Assembly: GCF_043995745.1 (NCBI RefSeq)
Contig: NZ_CP171869.1
Strand: one strand, 5' to 3'
DNA from: Escherichia coli
GTDB taxonomy: Bacteria > Pseudomonadota > Gammaproteobacteria > Enterobacterales > Enterobacteriaceae
DNA: 24,000 nucleotides
Shown here one piece after another: positions 11,095 through 20,498 of this stretch. The notes under the pieces are model-generated. The model had not been told where the DNA came from, searched no databases, and saw only the letters and a program-made list of their open reading frames with translations. The position numbers and the translations under genes are program-made. Position 1 is the stretch's first letter; each line of letters starts with the position of its first letter.

Positions 11095-13335
11095 ATGAAT
11101 CAACCACACGCAGACAACCTTCAGGGCCAACATCCAGATCGCGCAATCTGTTCCGCCGATGAAGACCAGTATGGTTTCATCCACATAGCTACCCAGTTAG
11201 CTGTTGCCGTTAAGGGTATTGGCCGCGAGGGTAGCGCAGTGATCGGTATCGAAGGCCCATGGGGATCAGGGAAAACGAGTCTCCTTAACCTGCTGCGCAA
11301 TGCTCTCGTCGAACAAATAGAAGAACGCACTTTTGTATTGACAATATCCCCCTGGCTCGACGGGAGCAACACAAGTCTGGTGGCATCGTTACTGCTTCCT
11401 GTCGCCAACATCATTGCTGCTGAAGAGGAACAGCGACTAGCGCCTGAGGAAAGGACAGCTCTCAGACGACGAAAATCCCTGACACGGACGGCCAAGACGA
11501 TGATAGACTACACCCGGGCAACTGCCCGCAATCTCGCACCCGTCGCCTCAGCCGCCGCCGTTATTCCCGGCGTACCTGATGCCAGTGGCGCGTTGAAAGC
11601 CCTGTCAGAAACTCGTTGGCTGAAGGAAAAGGAGAAAACCACAGCAGAGATGCGGACCGAAATTGCGAAGAAAATAGATGAACTGGATCTTAGCTTTATT
11701 GTACTGCTCGATGATCTGGATCGTCTCGAGCCAGCACAGGCAGTTGAGGTGATAAGGCTAGTTAAATCTGTAGGTGACTTTCCTCGCTTTCGCTACCTTC
11801 TCTGTTATGACAAAGCCATCCTATCCCAGGCCATCAGCCTAGGGCTGGGGGTACCCGACGGCAACCTATACCTGCAGAAAATTGTTCAGATATCATTCTG
11901 TTTACCGCGCCCAGAAACCTTTGTCTTGCGCAGAAAATTTAGGGATGCCGCTGCCGCGTTATACAGAAAAGTAAACGGGCATGCTCCAGACCGTATTGTA
12001 CTAGAGCAATTGACACAAGTGGCTGACGTCTACGGGGCAGCATTAAAAACCCCCAGGGAGGTTCAGATGGTACTGAATGCCCTGACCTTCCTATACCCGG
12101 GCATGCGGGATTACGTGTATTTCCCGGATCTGTGCTTCCTTCAACTGCTGCGCACAACAAATGCGGGTCTTTATGACTGGGTAGAAGAATATCTGTCAGA
12201 ACGAGCGGTCGTAGCCGCCGGTGACGGGCATGTAAGTGAGTTAGAGCAGGCAGAGATGGTGGAGAGCCTAAAGTCGCACCTTGCCCGTTATTTCCCTGCC
12301 GAAGCCCATGCGGTGCATGCCCTTGCTCGCTGGGTCCCGGGTATCACCGGCTGGAAAACTGACTCGCCCATCAAACTCTTTGTACCGACTCCCGAACAGG
12401 ATAGTGCCCTGCTGACTGCTGGCAAACGTCTGGGCAGCCAAGCATACTGGCGCTATTATTTCGCTTTTTCCGCCCCACAGAATGTACTTTCACCTGAAAT
12501 GCTCAATGAGATATTCGACATCGCCGGATATCCTGAACAACAACATAAGCTTGCAGAACGTCTACTCGGGTATATCCAGAGTAAGGGTTTGTCCTCCCGA
12601 ACCTGGTTTGAACACATTCTGACCCAGCTCACCACACAACAGATTGCAACAAGGACACCAGAGCAATGCCGTGGACTGGCGCAGTTCTTCTTTGATTCCG
12701 GAGATAAAATGTTGCAACGCTACCAAGACGAGACTGACTGGTTTTCTATACATGACCTAGACACCTGGAGCGTGACGGACCGCCTCATCAATAAGATACA
12801 AAAGGAAAGCGATCAAGAATCTTTCGACTTCCTGTCCACGCAGTTTAAAAACGGTCAGGCCTGGTACTGGATAGCAGAATATATGCGTCATCTGCTGTGG
12901 CAGCACGGAAGAGTTGGAGACAGAGCAGTACATGAGCAGCAAAAGTGGATACCATCTTTTCAACTCGACTCCTTATGTGAAACTCTGGCACATCGTCTGA
13001 ATGGGAAAGTGATCACCGACCAACTAGCCAGTTTCCCTCAGTTAAACGGTTATATCTGGGCATGGCGTGATATCAGTGGCGTTGAAGCAGTTAGGACCTG
13101 GGTTCAGGAACAAATCCGGGATGATGAAGCCTTTTTGAAACTACTGTTACAATTGTGTTATCACGGAATCAGCTCTGCAGAAGGACGTTTCACCGCCCTG
13201 AAACTGAGTGACCTAGCTGACTTTTTCGGGGAACCAGACCAGATCAGAGAACGCATTGAAAACATCAGGAAAGCAGGCCCACTGGCTGAAATGGCTAAGC
13301 AGGTTGAGACGTCGATTAAACGAAATAGGTTTTAG
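11095..13335 (+). CDS. KAP-family P-loop NTPase (candidate antiphage/accessory protein)
   Basis: Walker A GIEGPWGSGKTSLLN, Walker B FIVLLDDLDRLEP, KAP-like FRYLLCYDKAIL. The track start is 10915, but ATG at 11095 has GGAG 10 nt upstream (MNQPHADNLQGQHPDR...), giving about 746 aa. Confidence 0.85.
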   Translation: MNQPHADNLQGQHPDRAICSADEDQYGFIHIATQLAVAVKGIGREGSAVIGIEGPWGSGKTSLLNLLRNALVEQIEERTFVLTISPWLDGSNTSLVASLLLPVANIIAAEEEQRLAPEERTALRRRKSLTRTAKTMIDYTRATARNLAPVASAAAVIPGVPDASGALKALSETRWLKEKEKTTAEMRTEIAKKIDELDLSFIVLLDDLDRLEPAQAVEVIRLVKSVGDFPRFRYLLCYDKAILSQAISLGLGVPDGNLYLQKIVQISFCLPRPETFVLRRKFRDAAAALYRKVNGHAPDRIVLEQLTQVADVYGAALKTPREVQMVLNALTFLYPGMRDYVYFPDLCFLQLLRTTNAGLYDWVEEYLSERAVVAAGDGHVSELEQAEMVESLKSHLARYFPAEAHAVHALARWVPGITGWKTDSPIKLFVPTPEQDSALLTAGKRLGSQAYWRYYFAFSAPQNVLSPEMLNEIFDIAGYPEQQHKLAERLLGYIQSKGLSSRTWFEHILTQLTTQQIATRTPEQCRGLAQFFFDSGDKMLQRYQDETDWFSIHDLDTWSVTDRLINKIQKESDQESFDFLSTQFKNGQAWYWIAEYMRHLLWQHGRVGDRAVHEQQKWIPSFQLDSLCETLAHRLNGKVITDQLASFPQLNGYIWAWRDISGVEAVRTWVQEQIRDDEAFLKLLLQLCYHGISSAEGRFTALKLSDLADFFGEPDQIRERIENIRKAGPLAEMAKQVETSIKRNRF

Positions 13336-13636
13336 ATTATGCCCCTCTTGGTAGTGAGCATCAATGAGTAAGGTCGCAACCAGCTTATTGGTACCGTTGT
13401 TTACCACTGTCTAGTGGGAGTTACGTAATGTTCCGGTGACCTCTGTCAGCGCCAATGATATAAGACAGTCAAACATCATGGCGTTGACATCGTTACCTGT
13501 ATCCGATCCACTGAGGCACCACGACAGAAATTCGCGCCCCTACACTGATGACAAAGCCCCCGAACCTTGCAGCATATTAACTCCGGCACCTCCCAACAAC
13601 TTACGTGCGGAAACTTAATCCTAATACAACTGTAAT

Positions 13637-14200
13637 TCAGTTGTGTCGTGGTCGGCCGCGGTTGCTTTTTTCGGGAAGCCTGCTACGGCCCAGAATAATA
13701 CCGTGTTCTTTCTGATCCTGTTTAGCCAGATAGCTAAGGGCGTAACGTAAGTTGTCTACCGCGGACTTATCACTATAGTGAATCACGTGATCGATACGCA
13801 CCGGGTATTTGTCTTTAGCCCGGCAAAGGTGAAAGTAACCCTCCCCTTCCGTGATCCGCCTCCAGATATCTCCCAGTTGCCTGGATATCTGATAAGAGTT
13901 CTTGTGACGTTGCCCATCCAGGTAGCCGACAAAATGAATATGAAGCCCTTTGTCTGGTGTATATTCCAATACCCAGTAATATCCTGCCAACATCGTCTGG
14001 GTTTCGCTAAGTAAACGGTATATTTCCATACACATACTGTGCTTACAGGAATGCCCGAAACTGGGCGTGTCTTTCCTGTAGGCAAAATCAATTCTGAAAG
14101 GTAACAGTTTAGAAAAACGTTGAAACAGACCTTCCATGTGTTCATTCACGTCTTTCAGAATCGCGAAATTCATTTCGTAATTGGGGTTAGCATTATACAT
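13637..14200 (-). CDS. YfjJ/YagK-like protein (inovirus Gp2-like / rolling-circle-initiator-like family)
   Basis: 187 aa; GYYWVLEYTPDKGLHIHFVGYLDGQRHKNSYQISRQLGDIWRRITEGEGYFH...HYSDKSAVDNLRYALSYLAKQDQK; family typical of P4-like satellites (CP4-57 yfjJ, CP4-6 yagK). Confidence 0.85.
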   Translation of the reverse strand: MYNANPNYEMNFAILKDVNEHMEGLFQRFSKLLPFRIDFAYRKDTPSFGHSCKHSMCMEIYRLLSETQTMLAGYYWVLEYTPDKGLHIHFVGYLDGQRHKNSYQISRQLGDIWRRITEGEGYFHLCRAKDKYPVRIDHVIHYSDKSAVDNLRYALSYLAKQDQKEHGIILGRSRLPEKSNRGRPRHN

Positions 14201-14779
14201 TTTATAGTCCTTACTTTATAAAACTGACAGGAAAGTGGAATTACATAAATACTGAGAGTACAGAAACGCCGTACCGCGGCATTAATAAACGAGGTAACCA
14301 GCAGCACAGACAACCTGATAAAACTGTTTGGTATTACCTCATTACAGTAATAGGGTAATGATTCAGAATACAGTAAGACTCTCTTAAACTGAGGACCAGA
14401 ACGAATTACAATAAAAAACACACCTCATATAATTGAGTTTAAGAAAGCACCATTCAATTACTTACAGGAAATAATCTGATCTTCACAAAAGTCAGCATTG
14501 AATAGCCACAGGCAACATCGCTATTAGTATTGCCGTACCATTAAGTAAAAACAGAGACTCTGCAGAGAGAGCCTACAGATATTTAATCTCACAATAAGAA
14601 GATTATTTCATACAGAAAAGATTATATTTACCCATAAACTGTAACGGAGCTATAACGTACGAACTAAAGACAATATACTCTAATAGTGTTCTGGTACGTA
14701 ACTAGTGTTAAATACAAACCAGACATACATTCAGTGGATTAACTTTCTCAATATTACGCTATAAGTGTAGTAACATAAT

Positions 14780-14868
14780 TTACACCACATACACCACCAC
14801 ACTGTAGTTAGTATATGGGGAGACATTACGATAAAAAGAGATAAGTTATACCACAGATACCACCACAC
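14780..14868. repeat. Pair of 23-bp iteron-like direct repeats (20/23 identical), 66-bp period
   Basis: 14780-14802 ttacaccacatacaccaccacac; 14846-14868 ttataccacagataccaccacac. Confidence 0.6.
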
Positions 14869-15128
14869 AATACCATAACTCCCATTAATAATACTAATTA
14901 ACCTAAATTATTTATTGAACACGAAAACAATGAAGGCCCCACCTCACCTCAGACTAAAGCCGACAATATCCTGAGCAACAGGATATCCAATAGTAAATAG
15001 TGGTTACACCAGTTATATTTACTGACTGACCTGTACCAGAGTTTTCTAATACAACGCTGACATGGTAAAGGCATTAGTCTCCTCCGCAAGTAGCAGAGGA
15101 GACTATATGTACTCAACGATTAAGTCGT

Positions 15129-16580
15129 TCAGAGGTCAAAGTTAGGTGCGACACACAACGTTTTTCCCTCAATAACCGGTACAACTCTGTTTTGTTCATA
15201 CAGTAAATCCAGTAACCAGTTGATTTTATCCTTTTTCCGGAAACGGTTCGGACCACGCTGTAAAATGTCATTTTTTTTCATACAGAGGATCCCCTTCTCA
15301 ATACAATAGCTTTTTATCCAGTTGAAAAGTTCAAGCTCCTCTGGAATGAGTCGCACAGGTACGGTCAGGGCAGAGTTGTCAAAAGTTAACGGATTAGACA
15401 ACCGCACATACTCATTACCGTACCATATTGCTAATTCTCTCGCCATTTCTGCAGTGTAAGGGGAAATATCCCCCTCTTCACCGCTCGAATGGTAAATAAG
15501 TCCTGCCAGTCTTGCCATATACTCTGCATTTTTAGCAGCATATTCCCGGCAATGTCTTAAAGGCCCCAATCCCCCCAGCTTCGATTCCACATCATTGTAA
15601 TAATCCGTCCAGATTCTGGCAGCCTGAGGAGAAAAGTGAAGGCAACGTCGTTCACCACTCATCGCCAGACTTTCATCAATAAGCTCATTGATCCTCTCTT
15701 CAAACAAATCCTGATACTGTGATGAATAATTATCTCCGGTTATTATCCTTGTCCCCTGCGTTGATGTTGGTTGACACATCAAAAACCTTGCATGATGTCC
15801 TGACGTTTTCACAATTTCTTTTTTTCGCGTACAAAAACCTTTGTGGTAAACATCAGGCTGAATCATCACCGATATCGTCAGTCTTGGCTCCTTCAAATTA
15901 ATTCCGGGAGATGATTTCCTGTCGATGAAAAGAGAACCTCCATCCCACAAAGTGTTAATAATTCCCAGTTTACTCATGGCCCGGCTGTCAAAAATTACCC
16001 CCCCTTCACTGGATACAAGAGCAAAAGAGCGATTGCTGTCGGAGTAATATTTTAACATTCCCTCTATCGTTGTCTCATTAAAAATTGTTCGACGTATCTG
16101 CGGCGGAACAGGAGGTTTATTCAGATGCGTTTCAAGCTCTGATTCTGTTGCCTTGTAATCTTTACCGGCACGAATCTCTTTATGAAATTTTGATTCCAGC
16201 GCTTTTTGTTTTTGCTCCCATATTTCCTTTTCTGTACTGTAATTCTCAACCAGTTTCGCGTATTCTTCCGCCAGGGCTTCATCCCTGAGATAAAATGCTT
16301 TCATAAACACTTTATCCACGGTCGTTTTCCTTTCACCGGAATCAGCCAGAATCAGAGAGTAAAGATTAACAGGCCCATGTAAATTTCCAGGTCTGCACAC
16401 GTCAATCTGATTCTGACAGGCAATTGAGATCGCTGTTAATGCGGATGTTGCCACCATAGCCAAAGGTGCCTGTGTATTTTTTTGAGTTTCAATTATTGCA
16501 TTTCTCACCAGCGGTGGTAGTGCATATATCGGATAAGGATTTTCTGGTGCAAGTAAGCACATAAAAGTCTCTCTTTTCAT
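15129..16580 (-). CDS. YfjI-like protein, DUF3987 family (satellite/island replication-associated)
   Basis: 483 aa MKRETFMCLLAPENPYPIYALPPLVRNAIIETQKNTQAPLAMVATSALTAISIACQNQIDVCRPGNLHGPVNLYSLILADSGERKTTVDK...; start may be the internal MCLLAPENPY. Confidence 0.88.
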   Translation of the reverse strand: MKRETFMCLLAPENPYPIYALPPLVRNAIIETQKNTQAPLAMVATSALTAISIACQNQIDVCRPGNLHGPVNLYSLILADSGERKTTVDKVFMKAFYLRDEALAEEYAKLVENYSTEKEIWEQKQKALESKFHKEIRAGKDYKATESELETHLNKPPVPPQIRRTIFNETTIEGMLKYYSDSNRSFALVSSEGGVIFDSRAMSKLGIINTLWDGGSLFIDRKSSPGINLKEPRLTISVMIQPDVYHKGFCTRKKEIVKTSGHHARFLMCQPTSTQGTRIITGDNYSSQYQDLFEERINELIDESLAMSGERRCLHFSPQAARIWTDYYNDVESKLGGLGPLRHCREYAAKNAEYMARLAGLIYHSSGEEGDISPYTAEMARELAIWYGNEYVRLSNPLTFDNSALTVPVRLIPEELELFNWIKSYCIEKGILCMKKNDILQRGPNRFRKKDKINWLLDLLYEQNRVVPVIEGKTLCVAPNFDL

Positions 16581-16595
16581 TAATGGGTTAGTAAA

Positions 16596-16636
16596 ATAGC
16601 AGCAAATCCCGCTACAATAGCGAAAATAGCTGCTAT
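16596..16636. repeat. 41-bp nested palindrome, copy 1, just 5' of yfjI-like gene
   Basis: ATAGCAGC-aaatcc-CGCTA-CAA-TAGCG-aaaata-GCTGCTAT: perfect 8-bp outer arms, perfect 5-bp inner arms, symmetric 6-nt spacers. Confidence 0.8.
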
Positions 16637-16780
16637 TCAGACCTGATGCTCTGAGAAATACAGAGCATTTGTAGATCTGATGTTTAATAAACCGATAAGG
16701 TTAATTCAGTGAAGACTGTATTATTCACCACGAAATATCATTCATATTTCTCATTCTTAATACCTCCAGAAATTATTTCA

Positions 16781-17029
16781 CTAATACCTTTCCCCCGGTC
16801 TTTTCCCTTTCTCCAGAACCATAGTGTAAATATTAACGGCCCCACGTAAATTTCCGGGACTGCATACGTCAACCTGATTCTGACAGGCAATTGACATCGC
16901 TGTTAATACTGACATTGCAACCAGAGTCAGAGGTACTTGTTTATTGTATTGAGCTTTAATTATTGCCTTCCCTATCATTGATGGTCATGCATATACTGAA
17001 TACGGCATATCCGGTTTGATGTAAGACAT
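16781..17029 (-). pseudogene. Duplicated N-terminal fragment of the yfjI-like gene
   Basis: MSYIKPDMPYSVYA*PSMIGKAIIKAQYNKQVPLTLVAMSVLTAMSIACQNQVDVCSPGNLRGAVNIYTMVL aligns with ENPYPIYALPPLVRNAIIETQKNTQAPLAMVATSALTAISIACQNQIDVCRPGNLHGPVNLYSLIL; in-frame TGA and loss of everything after the P-loop region. Confidence 0.85.
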
Positions 17030-17061
17030 AAATGCTTCCTTTTTCGTAATACGTTTCGGTT

Positions 17062-17102
17062 ATAGCAGCAATTACCGCTACAATAGCGACAATAGCTGCT
17101 CT
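17062..17102. repeat. 41-bp nested palindrome, copy 2, 5' of the yfjI fragment
   Basis: ATAGCAGC-aattac-CGCTA-CAA-TAGCG-acaata-GCTGCTct: same architecture as copy 1, arms conserved, spacers diverged. Confidence 0.8.
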
Positions 17103-17204
17103 TTCAACAATGAATGCTGGAAATTCTGTTTATCAATTAAACTTCTGGCTAAATTGTTCTTATGCTTCTTTTTCCTCCTGAGGTGATCACGTGATGACAA
17201 AAAC

Positions 17205-17501
17205 TTATCTGCTCATGGTCATATCTGAAGAAAGCGTATGTCGCACTTCGTCATTAACACCTTTGACTGCTGATCTGGCAGGTACAGTATGTAAAGTAAG
17301 CCATTCGTCAATAGCTGATGAACGCCAGCCCACAGAACCACTACCAAGACGTACCGGCCTGGGGAAGGTTGCATCGTAGTATTTCGATAACGGATTCATT
17401 TTTTCGTAAATTGTCGAACGAGATATACCTAACAATTGGCTCAGTTCAGGCATCCGTAAGATGCGTGAAGGAGTCCAGCAGTATCCGGATTGATCTGGCA
17501 T
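17205..17501 (-). CDS. AlpA-family transcriptional regulator
   Basis: ILRMPELSQLLGISRSTIYEKMNP...FPRPVRLGSGSVGWRSSAIDEWL is the AlpA signature. The track start is 17585, but ATG at 17501 follows a GGGGG Shine-Dalgarno-like sequence. Confidence 0.88.
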   Translation of the reverse strand: MPDQSGYCWTPSRILRMPELSQLLGISRSTIYEKMNPLSKYYDATFPRPVRLGSGSVGWRSSAIDEWLTLHTVPARSAVKGVNDEVRHTLSSDMTMSR

Positions 17502-17709
17502 TTTATCCCCCATAGTGTGGTGAACTGTCGTTACAGTTTGTATTCCCCGGGTAAATTTGTCTGCGTAAAAAAATGGGCTGAGCAAAAAGACAATAAATAA
17601 TTAAAAATCAATACGATAGAAAACAACAGCATTATTGTTATTTTACTTTCACCTTATCGCTGTCGATTCTCATTATCATTCATTGGTAAAAAACAGCAAA
17701 AGAGGCCCT

Positions 17710-18386
17710 GGTAATGACTCCAGTCAGTAGTACAGTGTTTTCGACAAATGAACCAATGGCTTTTCGTGAATTTCCAGGGAGCGTGAAAAGCAAATCGTTT
17801 TCCGGGCTGGTCGTTTGATGTGAGTACGAAGTGTCAGATTGTTGCGCTCAATGCGCCGGGTAAATATCTTGCCGACAAGATGCTTATCCTGTGGCATTTC
17901 TCTGGTATAACTGCTCCGGTTGTCTCTGGTTATCATGCCTGTGGAGAATGGCTTCAGGAGTTCCGGCAACTCACGACATGTTTCATCAGTGCGAGGACCA
18001 AAAGTGTAAGCCAGCACACCTCCAGATTTGGTGTTATACGCATACCAGTGCCACTGCTGACGAGCTTTGTTTTCGACAAAACTCCATTGTTCATCAAGTT
18101 TGCAGATAAGCGTCACATCGGCACTGGCGACTGGAGATGTGGTTACTTTGCGTGGTGAGCGTTTTATAAAGTGAGAATGACGGTGTTGATATCCACCTTC
18201 AGCGTTCTGGAACTATCGCGAACCCCGACTCCGTTATGAACCATTTCAACAATTTGCTCTTTAATGCCTGGTTTTCGGGTTTCGTAGATGTAATTCAGTT
18301 GAAATACACACGTTTGCAGGATTAGCACTGGAAACGCTCATGATCTGAGGTGCTGTGATCATAATGGTACACTTTATAGGAATTAC
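17710..18386 (-). mobile_element. Divergent, decayed IS1-family remnant
   Basis: ggtaatgactcc end at 17710; InsB-like MTLICKLDEQWSFVENKARQQWHWYAYNTKSGGVLAYTFG...; upstream InsA-like PGIKEQIVEMVHNGVGVRDSSRTLKVDINTVIRH. InsA/InsB frames are disrupted and shortened. Right end approximate. Confidence 0.75.
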
Positions 18387-18567
18387 AGCGGGGAGAATGT
18401 ACTGTAACTGTTGCCATATGGTCTCCAGATACCAATAGAATACCACATTAATCTATCGTCAGAAGGCATCACCGGGGCCTTCTGACATAATCTGTTAATA
18501 CGTGTACTATTACCCTGTTCAGAAAATATTGATTCAAAAATGAAAACCAGTTAACAGAAAAGCAAAA

Positions 18568-18576
18568 TGATATAAT
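18568..18576 (+). promoter_or_regulatory. Extended -10 promoter candidate for the 605-aa gene
   Basis: TGATATAAT at 18568-18576; AAAGGAG RBS at 18601-18607 with ATG at 18614. Confidence 0.5.
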
Positions 18577-18613
18577 GTTAAAATTTTATATAGTGCAATA
18601 AAAGGAGAATGTT

Positions 18614-20431
18614 ATGTATAATTTTATCACTATAATGTATGATGTCTTTTCATGTTTTGGTGTTCTGGCTAAAAACCAGAATACCCGTGACATCCGAAAT
18701 ATTAAAAATTTTTCCTCACATCAATATTCACTGGGCGACATGTTTGATGAATTAATAAACATTATTGATAAAGAACAAGTATTGAGTACAGAACAACGAA
18801 AAGTTATATTTAGGAGATATGAAGATCTCTATGTTAAGCTAATGCACTATTCTGTTTTTACAGACCAAACACATCAAATAATAAAACAAAAATATTTTAA
18901 TGACATTGTACCAATGATTCTCGCACTCGACATCAGGAACACATATCGCCCGGATAATGAGATGGCATTTTACTATCATATTCATTCTTTTCTCACTCAG
19001 ATACCGGATAATGAGGATGATATATATCATGCTGCAAGGACATATCTGCGAAATTACGTTAAGTTATGTTTATCCGGATACACACCAGCGAATGCGCATT
19101 TCAAAGATATCTTTGATGGCGTATATGAATTCATTCGTAATATTCGCAAAAACAGTACACCAGGAAAAACAAAACTTATCGCAACTATCAACACATGCAA
19201 AGAAACCTGTAAACATCTGCTTTATTTAAGTAATGAAGACAAGGAAAAAATAATTTCTGACTTAGATAAAATTCAAGTTGCATGTTATTATCTCACTATA
19301 TTACTGGCTTTCGAAAGACGAACTTCATTAACAAGCACCCTGGCAACTTTATATAAAATGCTGATAAGCGAAAGAGAAGTTTCAGAATATGAATGCCAGT
19401 TATTATATTTAACCAACCCAATAGATGTAATGAATATACTGAACAAATACATATATTACTTTCCTAATGAGAACTCACCATTTTATACACTGAAAATTGA
19501 CAGTGCATTATCGTGGGATGCCATTGACGCAATACGAGACTATAGTATTTCTGATATTTATCTTTATCCTGAACAAAAAACAATAAATTGTGTCGTTGAG
19601 ATTGAAAACATTGTCTTTGGCGGTTACATTTATACATTGAACAACGGCGTCACATTACAAAACATAGAAAACACTTTAAAAGATTCTTCATGCCATTATG
19701 TCTTAAATGGCTATACAGAATTTGTTAACTGTTTGAGACAACTTACTTCAGGAAAGACTGAAAGTGTTCATCACACCATCAATAAACTGAACTATGAGAA
19801 ATTACCTTTTGGATTTATCATTGCCGCGTTTGCTATACTAAAGATAGCATTTAAAATAAAATTCAGTAAAAATCATGTAAATATCCGAGCATTATTAAAG
19901 GACATCAATTATTTTATGACTTATCAGGGCGAGTCCATTAACCTTATTTCACTGGATCACGAATACCCAGAGTCCTGTCTTCAAAATGACACAAACACAT
20001 ATTTATTAGGAAGAGTAATATTTCTGTATAACTCAATGATTTATAAGTTCATAAACTGTCAGGAACATGAAACCAATAACATTCACTCAGCTATGATAAA
20101 TAACCTATTACAGGAAGTTGATATAGCCCTTGGTAAAATAAATAACATTATAGACAGCAGAAACATATCAGCCCCCCATGAACTGGCAAATATTCTTACC
20201 CGCGAAAAAATACTTACAACACGGGAAAAAAAAGGAAACCTGATAAGCCTGTTTGATGGATTCACTTTATTCCATTGTGTTGGAATGATAACCTTTCTTA
20301 TCCATTATCTCAGAACACCTGAAGAAAAAGTTGAAAATATATTTATGTTATATGGTGCAGATAAAAACAATAAACTACGCAGAAGACTGATTTATGACGC
20401 ACTAGGAATAATTCAGTCTCAGCAGGAGTGA
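18614..20431 (+). CDS. 605-aa protein of unknown function, located between integrase and alpA (yfjH slot)
   Basis: Long uninterrupted ORF in visibly AT-rich DNA, good RBS (AAAGGAG), extended -10, strong terminator-like hairpin after the stop. No family recognised. Confidence 0.85.
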   Translation: MYNFITIMYDVFSCFGVLAKNQNTRDIRNIKNFSSHQYSLGDMFDELINIIDKEQVLSTEQRKVIFRRYEDLYVKLMHYSVFTDQTHQIIKQKYFNDIVPMILALDIRNTYRPDNEMAFYYHIHSFLTQIPDNEDDIYHAARTYLRNYVKLCLSGYTPANAHFKDIFDGVYEFIRNIRKNSTPGKTKLIATINTCKETCKHLLYLSNEDKEKIISDLDKIQVACYYLTILLAFERRTSLTSTLATLYKMLISEREVSEYECQLLYLTNPIDVMNILNKYIYYFPNENSPFYTLKIDSALSWDAIDAIRDYSISDIYLYPEQKTINCVVEIENIVFGGYIYTLNNGVTLQNIENTLKDSSCHYVLNGYTEFVNCLRQLTSGKTESVHHTINKLNYEKLPFGFIIAAFAILKIAFKIKFSKNHVNIRALLKDINYFMTYQGESINLISLDHEYPESCLQNDTNTYLLGRVIFLYNSMIYKFINCQEHETNNIHSAMINNLLQEVDIALGKINNIIDSRNISAPHELANILTREKILTTREKKGNLISLFDGFTLFHCVGMITFLIHYLRTPEEKVENIFMLYGADKNNKLRRRLIYDALGIIQSQQE

Positions 20432-20453
20432 AACGTTAAAACAGGCAAATTGT

Positions 20454-20498
20454 TTTTTATAAACAGGAGATTGTTGAGTAATCCCCTGTTTATAAAAA
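20454..20498. terminator. Bidirectional terminator-like hairpin between convergent 605-aa gene and integrase
   Basis: TTTTTATAAACAGG-a-GATT-gttgagt-AATC-c-CCTGTTTATAAAAA: 14-bp perfect stem, one mismatch, 4-bp extension, T/A tracts on both sides. Confidence 0.75.

Noticed and set aside
11121-13407. Minus-strand ORFs within the KAP NTPase gene
   Set aside because: Antisense to a long gene with clear Walker motifs.
13436-13618. Plus-strand 60-aa ORF between KAP and YfjJ-like genes
   Set aside because: Low-complexity composition, no RBS, no family resemblance.
11095-14200. Qat-type (QatABCD) defence operon assignment for the KAP gene
   Set aside because: No QueC-like (QatC), TatD-like (QatD) or QatB-like genes are adjacent; only the KAP ATPase is present.
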